Assembly: GCF_009914755.1 (NCBI RefSeq)
Contig: NC_060926.1
Direction: 5' to 3' (one strand)
DNA: 64,000 bases
Source: the human T2T-CHM13v2.0 reference genome, Homo sapiens
Shown: piece by piece, positions 39,961 through 54,639 of the stretch
Layout: every line of letters begins with the position of its first letter
Numbering within the stretch: position 1 is the first letter of the stretch
The notes under the pieces: model-generated
What the model was told of the DNA's origin: nothing
Databases searched by the model: none
What the model saw: only the letters and a program-made list of their open reading frames with translations
Made by a program: the position numbers and the translations under genes

Positions 39961-42900
39961 GGCGGGAGGCACCAGTAGTGCAGGCACAGGGAGAACCAGT
40001 TGTGGGACAAAGCCCAGGGGCTGTGAAGGTCACGGAGCTCTTAAAAGTCATTTGTTGCGGAATGAACTTTGGCCAGAGGGCTACTGACCCTCACAGCTCT
40101 TCCTATGCAGGTCTGCTGTGCAGGGCACTCTTAAAAGACTCCAAGCTTGTGAGACTCCTTAGTGGCGAGTAGGGAGGCTATTGGTAAAGGCTAGGTAGCG
40201 TAAGGATGTTAGTAGGCATGGAGGGAAGAGAAGTTCTCTGAGAAACTAAATATTTTGGAATTTGTGAGAAAGTGAGCAGCTTGCCTTTACCTGAGTGGTG
40301 CAGTGTTTGTATTTCTGCAGCCTGCACCTTCTCTTCCTGGTGAGTGTGTCAGCCCAAGACAGCCAGACTGTTCTTCAGTAGCGGTTGCCAGTTTCTTTCA
40401 TCACCCAAACTGTGTGAGCGCATGTACCGGTTCATCTGCTGGACGCAGTGCCAGCAAGTGTAGATTGCGACCCTCTGTAGATGTGGGCCGGAGGTACTGG
40501 AAGGATAGTGTCTACTTGGGTGGGAGTCTTGACCATGGGCTGGGGCTGCAGTCAGAAGCCCTTAGAATGTAAAAATGCTTACTCTTGGAATAACTGGACC
40601 CATTCTGCAACCAACATGCCTCCCTCTTTCCCCTCCATAACCCCTAATACTGAAGCTGGAGTTGTTTACCTTCTGTGGCTTCTAGGTTCTTCACAGTCAG
40701 GTTGTCCAGCTCAAGTCACTCCATGTGCAGGAACACTGCTCTTGGCTAACTGTGACCTGGGCATGTCCTGGTGGTGGGCTGCAGTGGACAGCAGCACATG
40801 AAGCTGCTCTCCAGATGAGGCCAGCAGTGAATAAAAACCCTTTCATTGTTTGATCACAAGAAACAGTGATCTTTTGTTTACACTGCCTACTTCCTACTCT
40901 GTCCAGGGCATGTGCAGACAGGAATTGATTGAAGTGCATGTAGACCAAAATCTAGCCCTGAATGAGACAAAGTAGAGTTGAGAAGGTGACTTGCAGACTG
41001 ATTTTGATGGAAAGAATTTAACGTGTCATTACATTAGCATTTTCCTGTGCTCTGTATGAATTTGAAATACTTATATGCTCTCCTTCTTGAGAAGTGAAAT
41101 CCCCAGTGCTATCTCATTCTTGTTTTTATAAATGGTAGTCACTCTTCTGTGAATAATGTACAAAGGCAAGGACTAAAGTTTAGCCTGCTTGGTAATTGCA
41201 CAAACTGAACACAAACCCAAACGTGTGTTCTCAGCGTACTTTGGAGGTCTTCATTAATTGAATGTTGGAGTTTAGTAAAAGAAGTTGCTTTCTGTTACTG
41301 GCTGTGAAAAGAGTCGTGGAAATCTGCACATCAGATATTAAATTCAAATTAGACCTAACTCATGCAATGATAGGTTGCCCCACACTTCACTCACATGAGT
41401 TGATAGAATGTCAGTTTTCATAACAAAAGCAGTCATGAGGAGCTTAGATAAATTGGTACCTGCCATTGATCAGTGGCACGGTTTTCATTCAGGTTCAGCA
41501 AGAGTTTTCCTTAAAGCTGGAGGAGGCAGCTCAGTGTTTGGGTTTAGGAGCCTTTCTTTCCTGTCTTAGACTACCCCGTTTCCGTCCCAGAAGTACAATG
41601 GCCAGAGGTGATGAGCTCCTTGGTTCTTCCCCTCAGACTTTTGGGAGAACATGTGGCTGGGATTATGTGGACTATGGATTGCTGGTTTTCCAAACAAGCG
41701 CGTTCTGTTACTCGTTGAAGCCAGAGTGTGATCTCGTAGGAAAACACGACTCACAGAGAAGTGTGGGGACTTTGGGGTCAGACCTAGAGCCCTGACTCTA
41801 CCCTTAACCTTTAGGAGGCCAATTGTCTGGTCTATCCCTTAGGCATGTAGTGGAGATTAAGTAAGAACATTTAGAGATGGAGCTAGAAAATTCTTATTAT
41901 CATCTGTTATCGTAATTCTGTTTCCTCTCACTTTGAACTGTAATTGAAACATTTTTCAATGGGTCTTCGGCGTTTAGAAAGGGAGATGCCAGGAACTCTG
42001 TTCACCTGTCTATCTTTTAAATACTCTGGAACTGCTTTTTAAACAAGTTGTGTGTTTGACCCTACTGCACATGCTGTGTCTGGGTGTAGGCAAATATGAG
42101 ATGAGGCTGAGGCACTGGTGTGTGTTTAAATGGCTGGATGGGCATCGGGCTAAAGGACTTGTGCTTGTTTGCACCACGTGTGAGTGCTCATCTGTTTGGC
42201 AGGTGCCTACACCTGCAGGGCTGCCTTGCAGCTCTGGATCAAGGCCATTAACACATAACCATGAGGAAGGAGATGCAGGTGCCTGGAAGGGGACTTCAGG
42301 AGGTCTAACTGGGGTTTTTTTTAAATCTCTTGAGGAGGAAATGAAGATGCACACAAACTAAGGCTTGGCCCTGCTGCAGACGTTCAAAAATAATAAGCTT
42401 CTCATATCATCCTTCACTAGACTTCTACCACCTGAAACAAAGTGGAGAGGTTTTAGTTGTGGTTAAACTATGTTACGTCTCACTTAGCTTTTTTCTGAGG
42501 CTGAAACATTTTGGAACAGTGTGTTTCTTCTCTGAATCTAATATTCCAACTACTGGTGCCTCACACAGATGTCAGAACAATCTGTCTCTTCTCTGTGGTT
42601 GGCCATAGAACAGTGACGATTTCAGAAGTGGCAGGTGGGAGTTGTTCCCCAGTTTAGCCAGCACCAGGTCTGGAGTCTGACAGGCTAGAGACCTACCAAG
42701 TGGAGGGCTGTGCTGTGCTGCCTGAAGAGCCTCAGTGCACAGCCTCACCTGGACATTCACTGGAGAAGAGATTTGTGTCACAATAAGCCTTAACTATCAT
42801 AATTTCTTTGAAATAGTGTGTCAAAAATAGGATAAAAGTTTGGTTTATGCAAATGTAGTTTTTATCTGACTTCTGAAGACCACATTGTCACCATAGCAGA

Positions 42901-45900
42901 TCAGCTGCAGCACCCATAGCTTTGCAACGCTAGGGGAGAGTGCTCTCCTGGTTTGGGGTGAAGGTACCATGCATCTGGGAGGGAACTTCCTAGTGCCCTT
43001 TCCCCAGCTGTGGTGACATCAAAGTGCAGCAGGCACAAGCTATGCAAATATCCATGTTGCCTTGGTGATGAATAGAAAGTGGATTTGGTGTTGGGCAGTA
43101 TTGTAGCAATCTCCTCTGACACCTGAAAACAGCATGCATATGGAACCAGTGCTGAAATACCAGCTCAGCTGCCGTTTGACTGTGGTTGTTGGTCTGAAAG
43201 TGGAGAGAGACCAGATCTTCCTGAAGAGCTCCACATCATGCTCAACTGTGTGCTGGGCCTTTTTCTCTCTGACTTCTGTGTCACTTAGTTGCCAGTTAAA
43301 ATGCTGTTTAGACTGCTGGGTTATGAACGAGTCGTGGAGTGGTAGTTCTAACAGAATCAGGGGGGTGACTCCTAGTTCCATGTCCCACCCTGCCACCTCA
43401 GTGTCCCTAAAGATGCCGTGACAGCCCCTGGGTATTCTCAGGCTCCTGGATGTCCATCCCAGGCCCTCTCTTCTGCAGCCTGTGGGGATCAGACACCAAC
43501 CAGAGAGACTGCTTCCTCAGTTGCCTGAGCCTGGAGCAGAGATTCCCTCTGTCCTTCCTGGTCTCACAGTCCAAAATTCAGCCTCCTATTATATATAATG
43601 TATAATAATTTATAGTATATATATAAACACTTAAATATATATAAAAAATAAGTTTCAGGACATCCTATACATTTACTGTTGAAATTCTGTAAGAAACAAG
43701 TTTTTGAGTAAGTTAAATTCCTCTGCATCTCAGAGTTCTATAGGTATACCTTGTTTTTGAATGCCTCTTAGAATTAGGAATTGAGCTTGCTTTGATATGA
43801 CAATGAAATTGTCGTTTTTCCCTCGTTGCTCTGACTGCCAGGAAACTCTTAACTAAACTGTGGCTCTCTTACAGCACATCTCACCCCTGGTTCCCAGGAT
43901 AACTCCTTGATGTCATGTCTGATCTCAACCTTTTTTTTTAAATTGTGTTACACACATTTGCGCTTTCTTAATTTAAGTCCCCTTTGAGCCATGCTATGTC
44001 TAGGTCTGTGTTGTACTTACCGAGTCCTTTGGCCCAGTGGGTGTCAGCCCTGCCTTTGGAGCATGGATGAGTGGGCTGTATTCTGAGCTGCATTGTAGGA
44101 ATCACTTAGTGATTCTCAATTCGCACTCCAGAACCTCTGTGGCCTCAGCTCAGCCTGAAACAAGGCCCCTTTCAGGTCTGAGGAGCAACGGGCCCTTCCC
44201 AGCAGAGGCACAGGCACAGGCACAGGGTGTGCGAGGAGGGAAGGTGCTGGCCTGAAAGCCCTCGTTTAACTTCTTTCCTGCTTCTGGCATTCCATCTTCA
44301 TGTGGGCCAAGAGTACCCATCCTGTCCTGCCACTGTCTTCAGCTGCACTTTGAGTCACTTGCTTGACCTCTGTAGTCACTGGCTGCAAAACAGCATAGGG
44401 AATGCTACCCTGGCACTCAGGGTTGTTGTGGGGACTGAAAAGCATGGGCTAGGTTATTTCATTTAGTGGTGGCCATGGCAATTCTTCCATCCCCAAGCTT
44501 GGGCACACAAAGTCCAAAGGCCTGGAGTGCCCTAGGCAGCTTTTCAAAGGTTCGACTCCTCTCACTGTTGGAGAGTGAAGCTGAATCCAAAGCTGCATTC
44601 TATAGTTGTCTGCTGTTCAACCTGACCAGTTCCCTGGGGCCAGGGCCTCTATTGTTTTCCAAGCATCTGCTTCCCTGGACTGAGCAAGAGAGTGGTGTTC
44701 TGTGATTATTTTGGCATTAGAATGTCATTAAATTCCCTGACACTTAATTGGTCGTCCCAAGTGTAAATTGAAGATGCTTCTGCCCTGCACTTAATGTTCC
44801 TCGCTGCAGTGGCAGCTCCAGCCCCTGGCAAGGCAGCAGGAACCCCACGCTAGGGCATTCCTGTGGTACAGCTCCTCCCAGGTTGCCACCCAGATGAGCT
44901 TGTGCCATCTGGTGTCATGGGGACATGTGAAGAACTATTTAGGAATTCCCTGTTGAATGCTCGACACCGTCTCAAAGGGCATTGTTCATATCTTCAGAGA
45001 AAGACTGCTTAAGTCTATGCTGAGGAACTTGTAGACACATAATCCTATGCCTTTACACTTAGAGGGCACAGTCTGTGGGGAAGCAATCCTGCAACTTGGC
45101 ATAATCTTTCCTTCTGGTTTATGATAAATACTTATCCACTACTGAGATTATCTTTACTGAACTGCTGGCCCCTTCTGCCTGTTGGCCTTGCTGCCTCTGC
45201 CCAGCTTCTCTCTCCACCTGCACTGCCCATTCTCCTCTTGTCCTTCCAAGAAATTCTCCTCTTCCTTTGGGGCTTGATGTGGGGATTCACCCTGGTGCCT
45301 TCCTGCCCTGGCTCCCCCACTTCCTCTCTGGCCAGTGGTTTTTTTCCCTCTCATTTTATTTGCCTCTGTATTGTCCTTACTTTATTATCTTGTTTACTGT
45401 TTTGTGCTGGCGACACAGCTATTACCATCAGACCTAGTGGGTACACAGACACGTGCCTTGAAGTCAGGCCCCCCACCTGATGCTGGTCAGCAACAGGGCC
45501 ACTGGAGCCCCTTACCCTGAGAGGGGCAGGGGCTGTCAGGAACTGGTTCCTGGAGGGACACACAAGGTTGTGAATGTTGAAGGAGTCATCTTCTGGACAC
45601 ATGGGATGGCCACAAAAGGCAGTTACCTCCAGGTAACCCAGTCCTCATATAGCTCTTGATTTAGGCTATGGAGATTACAGTACCCAACTGGGTGGGGCCC
45701 TCCTCTTTGTGCACTTGTGATTGTGTGTATGTGTGTCTGCGTAGAGAAAGTGAGAGAGGAGAGAACTGTAGTATATGGTCACTTCAGTTGTAACTTACTA
45801 GCAAATTTGGTCTTTAAAAATAATCTCCTTCACCCAAATGAGTTGTTATACCTTTCTAAAGTATTTTTGCAATTTAGACTAAAACAGAGTTACCCAACTC

Positions 45901-45957
45901 TGTAAGAAGGATTGTTTTCACTTAAAGAGTGACAGACTGAGAGCATCAGTGAAAGTG

Positions 45958-46317
45958 TGTATTAGTCAGCTAGGGCTGCTGTGCAGAGTTCCAGAGACTG
46001 GGTGGCTCACACAACAGGAATTTATTTTTCTTAGTTCTGGAGGCTGGAAGTCTGTGATCATGGTGCAGACTTAGCCTCCAGACCTGTAGATGCTGTCATC
46101 CCCTGTGTCTTCACGTGGTCTCCCTCCGTGGGTTTCTGTGTCCTGATTGTCTCTTACCAGAACACCGTGGATTAGAGCCCACCCCACAGTGACCTCATTT
46201 TAACTTAATCACCTTATTGATGACCCTGTCTCCACTTACAGTCACAGCCTGAGGTCCGGGGGGTTAGGACTGCAACAGATGAATTGAGGGGACACAGTGT
46301 ACAGTTCAGCCCATAAA
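45958..46317. mobile_element. MaLR solo LTR (MLT1C/B-like)
   Basis: tgtattagtcagctagggctgc...ttctggaggctggaagtc...gacctcattttaacttaatcacc...ttcagcccataa. Confidence 0.8.
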
Positions 46318-46480
46318 GAGGAAGATACCCAGAAGTTTCAGGAGGGAGTGGAGCATCTTCCCTGATTGTATTTATTTTAATAGTTTTTTAAAAAACGCTT
46401 GTAATCAGGAAAGACAGTCTGTCTTTTTTATATTACCCAGTTTGGGAGTGGCAGAACTTAAATGCACTTTTGATTCACAG

Positions 46481-46612
46481 ATGCCTCTTCCACCTGATTA
46501 AGAACCACTGTAGCAGACGCAGACTTATTGGACACTAGGCGGGAGGCCAGCTCTGCAGACAGCAGGTCTCAGGAAGACGGTCAAGGCATGGCTGCTGATG
46601 ATCCGCTTATGG
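46481..46612 (+). CDS. BCL2L11: Cassette exon (MPLPPD*), Bim-alpha-type; 3' end uncertain
   Basis: Acceptor tttgattcacag|ATG, stop 46499-46501, tentative donor TGG|GTGTGT. Peptide recalled from BIM isoforms. Confidence 0.6.
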
Positions 46613-49170
46613 GTGTGTTTATTGTCTTAGCCCATGTTAGATGCGAGGAACCACTCACACTGCAAATGACAGCTCCTGGCTCAGTCTTAGTGTCATACTT
46701 GCCTTTAACTGGCAACTCCCCTGCAATACAGGGATTGTCATCTTTAGTCCTGACTTTCCAATTCCATCTTGGATGTGCTACCCTGGCCAGAAGCCACTGG
46801 GTGTGCCCTTACTTTGACCTTTCACCAGTAAATTCCATCTTAGGGGGCTTTCTCTAATTGCTTCAGACTCCCTCCTGACCCTTTATACCACCCCAAAACC
46901 AAAGGCCCTGGTTTAGGAGCTGAATTGTAGCAGCCGTTCCTCAGTATCTAGATCGCAGGGAGATTTCACTGGAGCTGGCTGAAGCTGTTGGCGCTTTGAG
47001 CAGCGTTGAGCCATCAGTCCTAGTTCTGCGTCTTTGCCCCACTGCAGCTTTTGGCCACTTGCCCCAGTTTAGTGTCACCAGGCCCCGACTATAAGCCACA
47101 GTAATTTTTATGGCTGCAGGTATTAGAGGGCAGCCAGTCTACAGAGGTAGGGGCTGCCCATCCTCCAGCTGTCTTTTGCAATACGGGCATACACTTCGAG
47201 CCAACAGCAGCTCCAGCCGGCCGTGCCAGCTGTCAAATGCTTTCTGGGCTGGCACGGCTCTTTGAATCCGTGGTAATGGCTTCCTCTGTTGAATGTCGTC
47301 CAAAAGCAATTGCTTGTCAGCTTAAAAGCGTGTGCCATGTTGTCATGCCCGCCGTCTGAGAGGGCAGGCATCCCCGCACACTTGCAGACTGGGATGCTGT
47401 AGCATCTTCTCATGAGTCAGGGATTGGGTGTAACTTTTGCCAAAATTTCCTGCATTTTCCCCACCCTCTCCAACATGTCTTTGAATACCCCATATCCTTT
47501 ACATTTGAGATGAAAGTGGAACTCTAAAAACCTTGGAAAGATTCTCTTGTGAGGTGACTTCTACTTAAGCTTGGTCACAGCCTCCTGCTGTCCTCAAAGA
47601 GTGGGCAGGAGATTTCTTCCCTTGGACGCTGCCAGTGCTGGAATATGAAACTTACCAAGTGTCAGCAGTTGGGGTCTGTCCTTCACGTTGACCCAGCCCC
47701 CTCATTGGTGTCCTGATGATTGTGGACACCCAGTCAGCCCCATTTTCTGGCCACACCAAGCATGGCAATGACACCAGGTTGGCACAAAACAACTCTGCCT
47801 GGATTGATTACTTAGCCCATCATAGCGTACACTTTCTTCATTTTAGTAAGTTGTGGTTTTATTTTGAATAAGTCTCTTTCAACCTATTAATATTAGTCTA
47901 CACTAAAATTAACCTTCCCCTAAATTATTCTCACACAGAGGCAGCAAAGTAATTTTGAAAGTTAAATCAAAACAAAGCAATCTTGTGTGTAAAACAGATA
48001 AAAATCACAGACTGTGGTTACAGAGTGCCTCTACAGGAATCGCTTACATAAAGCTGATTTCCTCCAATCTTGTTATGGAAGGAAAAGGGGAAATGCCCTG
48101 GCCTTATCACAATCCCATTCTGTCAAACAAGCGCGGCAGAGCTTGTGTAAACAGTGGAGCTGCAGCTGCGGCTGGTGTCTGTGGGGGCCATTCGGGGTCT
48201 GAGGGGACAGTTGTCTCAGCCTGATGCATGGCAGGTGGTTCCCGCGACGGTGTGTTGGAGGTATCCCCCACCCAATGAGAAGGGGGTTTGTGGAGAGACA
48301 GTCATGTAGCCCGGTCTCGTGTGGATTAGTCATTAAGAAATGTCCAGGGCAGATTTCAGACTTGAACAGTGAACCAGGTTGTAGCTCATGGCGTCGAGGT
48401 TGAGGTGTTGTGTTGCCGCTGCCTTTGGTGACTGTGAATTTATACCTTGCACATACTCACAAAATGGATTAGAACCTGAAAGTGGGCGCTGTGGAAGACC
48501 TGAGGACCCTGAAAGCATTGGATAAGCTGGTGATTTCCTTTTGAACAGTTTCTCAGTTTGTAACAAACATATGCTGGTCACTGACACAGAGACTTTTTTA
48601 TGTTCTGGATTGCTCTTTCCTTCCCATACCGAGAAGGTGGGAGGATGGGGGTTGACATTGCCTGTGTCTGTGACCATGGGCACCCCTCTGGGTCACGGTG
48701 TTTATCATAGCCAAGCAGCCAGAGGCACAATGGCGCATCACTGCGAGACTTTATTTAGCTTCTTAGGGCAGATTACTCCAAATCACTGGTTTTTCAAATA
48801 AATTACAGCTACCAGAAATTCACCCCTGGGGGAATCTGCAGCATATTTGAATGTCAGTTAACTTGGGTGGTAAGATAGTTGCTTTACATCCTCTTTGAGT
48901 TTTTCAAACATTTTTTTGAGTGCTTTTTTTTTTTTTTTTTTTTTTCCTATTTTAAGGAGTAAATCATTGGTATGCCTGCCCTTTTTGTAGGGATGTCTTC
49001 CCCTTTGCAGGGAAATGAAAACAAGTTTTCTTCACAATCTCTGGGAGGCATCGTGCTTTGTGACACAGTGCTCTTGAAGAGGTGCCTTTCATGGTGATTA
49101 AGATGGGATTGGTTGTTCACTTAAATATGGGCTCCCACCCCTCCCCACCCCCAAATTAGGGAGAAACTAA

Positions 49171-49293
<123 letters not shown>

Positions 49294-52200
49294 CAGGTTC
49301 TTTGCGGAGCCGAGATACCATGCAGACATTTTGCTTGTTCAAACCAACAAGACCCAGCACCGCGGTCTCCTGGTGCCATTATTATGCAGCCAGCGGTTCT
49401 CTTGTGGAGGGGGCAGGTGACGTTTCAGAAGACACCGAGCTGGATGGGACTACCTTTCTGTTCATCACCACACAGCAGAATTTCTAATGGAAGTTTGTTG
49501 TGAATGTAAAGGAGGGAGCATTCTTTGCTTTTTAATATACAAACCATGGTTTTTTGGAGCAGGATTTTGTGTAAGAATGGTGTTTACATGCAGTGTGTTT
49601 TCCCCCTCACCTTCAATAAGGTTTTTCAAAAAGGAAATGGAAACTTTTTAACCAATTTGTGAATAACTTTTGTATTAAAATTTTAAGAACCTACGGCCTA
49701 TTCTCAGAGGATTATGTAACCCCTGCAGTGGAAACTGAGCCAGCTAACTTAAAAAGCTGCCTTAGTTTATTTTTAGAGATTACAGAATTTTTAAACAGGG
49801 AGACGTGTGATATACTCCCTCCCTTCCCTACTATTGCCTCTCTGACCTTTTTAAATTATTTTTAATACCAAAAGAGTTCTTTTGAAATGGAACTGATTAA
49901 AAGGGCAGAGGGTCTGTTGCCAGCCTGCATTGATATACCAGTCCCATTTGTAAATATTTACGTACCTTTATAAATTCAGTTGCATCTGTGGCAAAATTTC
50001 AGACTATTTTTGCGTCTTTCCTCATCACTTTTTGTGATGCAACTCCAGTCTGGACTCAGATGCATAGATTTGGTCCAGTGTATTTTCATGATAAAGTGAA
50101 ATTGAGTCAGAACAAGAGTTAATATCTGCCTGTATCTTGCACAGTTCGAGCGATCTGTTATTAACTGGGAAGCATTTGGTGTTGGTTTTCATTCCATTTC
50201 GACGAGCATGTTATTGGGAAGTATTCTGAAGAGGCAATAGCAGTAATAACAACAGACTTAAGTGCTACGCCCCTTTGTGCTGCTGGCTTTTCTGGTTGCA
50301 GGCTTTCCCATGGTCACAGGATGCACTGTCAGCATCAGGTCCCAGAGGGCCACCGTGTCCATTACAGCAGAGTCCAGCTGCAGCATCCAGCTCACGCCCT
50401 CATGGGAATTGGCACAGGCCTGGGGCAGGGCTTCTGATGGCCATTTGCTTGGCCTCCTGCATTTTAGTCCAACTCACAGTCCACTAGCTTCACTCCTTTA
50501 AATTCACTTTGAAACAGGCCTCATCCCACTTCCACCAGCACCATAGAAGAATAATTCTGGGCAGAAGTCTGTTTTTTTTCATTTTTCCAGGACAGTTGGA
50601 TATTGTCAGGCCACTTGTGACCCCAGCCATGTAGTGAGGGTGCTCTTTCTCTGTGCCTGCTCCTTATGAGTGCAGTGGAAGGAAGCCACACACTGGTCAG
50701 TCATTTCAGAGGCAGCAGATGCCCAGGGAGACCCAAGAAAGAGTCAGGTTAGGGAGCAGTGAAAGTGAGGAGGGAAGACAATTCTGTGAACTCTGTAACT
50801 CTTAAAATTTTTGAAAACTCCATCGTTAAACAACTTTTAAAAGAAATAACTAAATTTTCAAATGAGTAAGCAGTGCCACCAACTAGTGTTTTGCCCGATA
50901 GAAGAGCCAGCATGTTCACGTTATTTAAATTAGGTGGAAAAATCTAAACATTTTTATCTTCATAATTTAAAAAATATATATGTATATATTGCATATTCAC
51001 TTTTTCCTTTAGGTAGAGATGATTTCAATCCAAATACTCTTACTTTAAAAAATTTCCTTTCCCCAAGAATCTCCTTGGGACTTTGACTTATTTTTAAAGC
51101 TGTGTTGGAGCTCATCTTGTTCCCTGATGTGTCTCGAGCCCATTGGTAGGGTCATACAAAGCCCACGGTTACAAGCAGTGGTAGGATTGCAGCCGTGGGC
51201 CTGCTGGACACACACATACACCAAAGATGTATTTGGATCTGGGCACCCCCTCCCAGGATCCCTGTACTCACGTGCCAGTCTCCTGACTAGAGCACTTTAC
51301 TCTGTTTCCTCAGCCCTGCAGCCCCTGGGAGCACACACTGGGTGCAGCCCTGGGCCAGGCACGGGAGGCCCTGCCCTGTGCTGCCCAGGGGCTGTGTGCA
51401 CCACATGAGCACATTTCCCTCTGGCCTGGCGGCCTCCAGGCTGGCTGTGGAAACAGTTCCTGAGGAAATTAGAGATTCTATGAATTGTAGGAGTATTAAA
51501 GACCAGGCTGTTGGCACCAGAACTTAAAGCGATGACTGGATGTCTCTGTACTGTATGTATCTGGTTATCAAGATGCCTCTGTGCAGAAAGTATGCCTCCC
51601 GTGGGTATACGTTTTTACCTTTTTTAAAAAACATTTTTGTAGAAAAAATAATTAAATCCCCTTTTTGGAAACTTACTGCAGGTTTTGTGCCTTGACAACC
51701 TCTCCCTATGTGAGGTTTGTAAAAAGTGTCCTGTGACTTAACACAGAAACGCAATAAACACACACAAAATAGTTTCATGAGTGATTCTTCAGATGCCCTT
51801 CCCAACTGGTTAGTTGATCAAGAATTTTGGGGGTGGGGGTTGCGGAGAAATCAAGTTTAAAATTCCTTCTGATTAAAAAAATATAGTGGAATACAATTGT
51901 CTGCCGTTTCCCCTTCTTAATGTATATATTGTGAGTATTTATTAGATTCGTAGGTCATATTACTTATCAACTGAGCCAAATGTCTGTGTGCAATTGTGTT
52001 TCCTTTACCTTGTAAAATTTTGTACAGCATAAATAAGTAAAAAAATCACTGTTTTTCTCAACTTTTTCAAAATCAAGGATTGTAAATATTGTAGATTCTT
52101 TTTCTGTGTGATGTGTCCTACTGTTTCATAATGCTGTAACTTGTAGAAATATTGTATATTTATTTTCTGCTTATTTAATGTCTTAATTTCTGAAAAGTAT

Positions 52201-53510
52201 TAACATCCCTGTCTCCCACTCCCCTGCCGTCCCATGAAGTTAACTCCTGAGAGTTGTCGGGGGTGACTGGAGAGCTCATTGCAGACCACGTGGTCCTCCA
52301 GGGTGGCTCTCCACCTTCGGGTCCTGGTATTTCCAGTCAAGTGGGTTTCAATTCTTGGGCTTTGCCGCCCTTATGATGAAGTGTGTGTTTGATGCCAGTG
52401 AGAAACTCAGTCTGGCAGGCTACAAAATTCTACTCCAAGAAATACCCAGCAACCTTCTGTTTGTTCCAAAGCAACTAGCTTATCATGCAAGCAAATTTTG
52501 CTGACTCCAGGCTTTATCTTTAGGAAAACAAAAAAACCAAAGTATTATCAGCAGGTGGGAAAGATTTTTCTATTGAAAATTTATCCCTGACAACTCAGCG
52601 TTTAGAAAAGAAATAAAATGTGCCACTTCCAGAGGTGCTGCATTGCAGTTGTTCAGGGCTAGGGCCAGGCAGGACAAGTGAATGGGTGGGACAGGTGGCT
52701 CCTGCCTAAGGACCACCTCAGGCCACTAACCCCTTGTGGACAACTGTGAGTAGCTGGGTTTTCCCCCACCTGCTGTGCAACTTCCTGTGCTTTGAGGTTG
52801 GACTAACTTGTCTTCAGGAGCTAATTAACTGTACAGCCCTCCCCACGCCCCACCCATACGGTCACTGCATTTGGTCAGCCTGCTTCTTCAGGTCGATGCC
52901 CTCCTTCTGATACTCCATCTCCTTCAGGGGAGGTTGGGGCCCCACTGGACTGGGTGTCAAGATGTGAAAGCTTATGGGAGCTTTAAGGAGACTTCATGGT
53001 GGTTCCATGCAGGTGGTTCTGCCATCCCTGCTGATTTAGCCTGGTGCCTGTGTGTGTCCACTCACGTACACGTGGGGTGGGGGAAACGTGTCTACAGATG
53101 ACGCTAAATCAGTTGGGGTCTACTCTAAACAGCATTGTGTGTAAGAAGCATCCTCAAGCTCCCAGTTAAGTAACTTGACTACTTTTATTTGGGAATTTCA
53201 GACTATAGAAGCTCTCTTATGTTTTATGTCCAGATTCTGTGACCACTAGTTACTGTATCAGAACTCATCAGGTACCCACTTATAAATAGCACTGATCTGG
53301 CTGTATACTGATCCATCACTAACCTGTTTTCTAGGACCCAGCGTATGTAGCATTTGTATTGCAGTTTCCCTGGCTTACTTGTGTTTTGCACTGATGAATT
53401 TTGACAGGGTAATTGCCACTTTACTTGTGCAATACTGCTGTAAATAACTGCAGATTTTTAAACAATCTTTTATGTTAATTTTATAAAAATAAAACTTTCA
53501 ACTAGTTTTG
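49294..53510 (+). other. BCL2L11: BIM 3'UTR (~4.2 kb) with many miRNA seed matches
   Basis: 8mers for miR-181 (49501), miR-30 (49581), miR-24 (49735, 51971), miR-9 (51220), miR-17 family (51292), miR-101 (51548), miR-221/222 (53345), miR-148 (53387), miR-10 (53404) and miR-25/32/92 (53427; 7mer at 51988). Confidence 0.9.
53488..53493 (+). terminator. BCL2L11: Distal polyadenylation signal AATAAA of BCL2L11
   Basis: AATAAA followed by a GT/T-rich downstream element (ttttggtgagcgtttgatttgtttg). Confidence 0.85.
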
Positions 53511-54639
53511 GTGAGCGTTTGATTTGTTTGCACAAAATGTCAGAGAAACAGCTGAAATTATATATGAACATGTACACGCCCACACATCTGCTATTATCAG
53601 TCATAAAATGTAGCTGTGTGTAGCTCATATATTTTTGCTTGAAGACGAATCCGTGCAGTACACTTAAAAGTAAACGAGTCTTTAAAGTTTTGATGTGGCT
53701 GGTGCGAAAAGTATTCTGCCTGCACAGTCAGATATGACTCAGCACTTGGGTGGGGAGTTGTGGGGGCAGGGAAGTGTACTAGGAGCCGGCTCTGTACTGT
53801 GTTGATGAGTGATATGGCAGGTGCCCAGCCATCTTACCCCATCAACCCCATAATAGAAAGGGCTTGTCTGCAGCACCTGCTCAGGGTCAAAGGGGTCACC
53901 CAAACGTGCCTAGACCCTGTGTGTGAAATGATGACCAGGAACCGCCAAGTTCCCAGCTCCCGTCATGTAGGGTGGATGGGAATTGCCTTAGGAATGAGTG
54001 AAAGAAATTAAAGCCTGGTTTGGGGATACAGGTGATAAAATCCTAATAAGTATTTAATTTGGCACTTTCACCCTAAGTGCTGGGAAAGTGAAAGACAGAC
54101 TCAGCTTTCTTTTAGACTAACAATCTGTTAATGCTTTCAATCGGGTGAGTAATACATGAATATGGTCTTGTAAATTTATTTCAAATTGTATTTGTTTCAA
54201 ATCAAATTGTTCTGTCTTAATCCTACCTCCTCACTGAGGTAGGAGTTTGCATTCTCCTGGACTCTTAATCTGCAGTGTGTGTGTGTGTGTGTGTTGTGTG
54301 TACTCACACAGCAGTTTTGCTTTTCTGTAAGTGCCATAGCTCTGTATATGGTTCTGACTTAGCAATAGGTCACATATCTTTCCATAGCGACTCCACTTCA
54401 TGCTAACTACTGCAGCAAGTGCCAGAGCACAGGCATAGAATTTGCTCATAGGTATCCCACTCTTGTGGTACAGGGAGGTGGAAGATCAGCCTCAACAGAC
54501 TCTGGAAGACACTGTCAAAGTGGCAGCTCCACTTCACACGGGCCCTGGCAGCACATAAGAACACCCACTTACCCCCAGTGCTGTCAGACATGAGTGAGCT
54601 GGTGTCTGCCTGCTGGGTGAGGAGCAAGTGGTGCTCATT

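Noticed and set aside
42574-42588. Glucocorticoid response element-like AGAACAatcTGTCTC
   Set aside because: The second half-site lacks the conserved C. I cannot locate the reported intronic GR enhancer from sequence alone.
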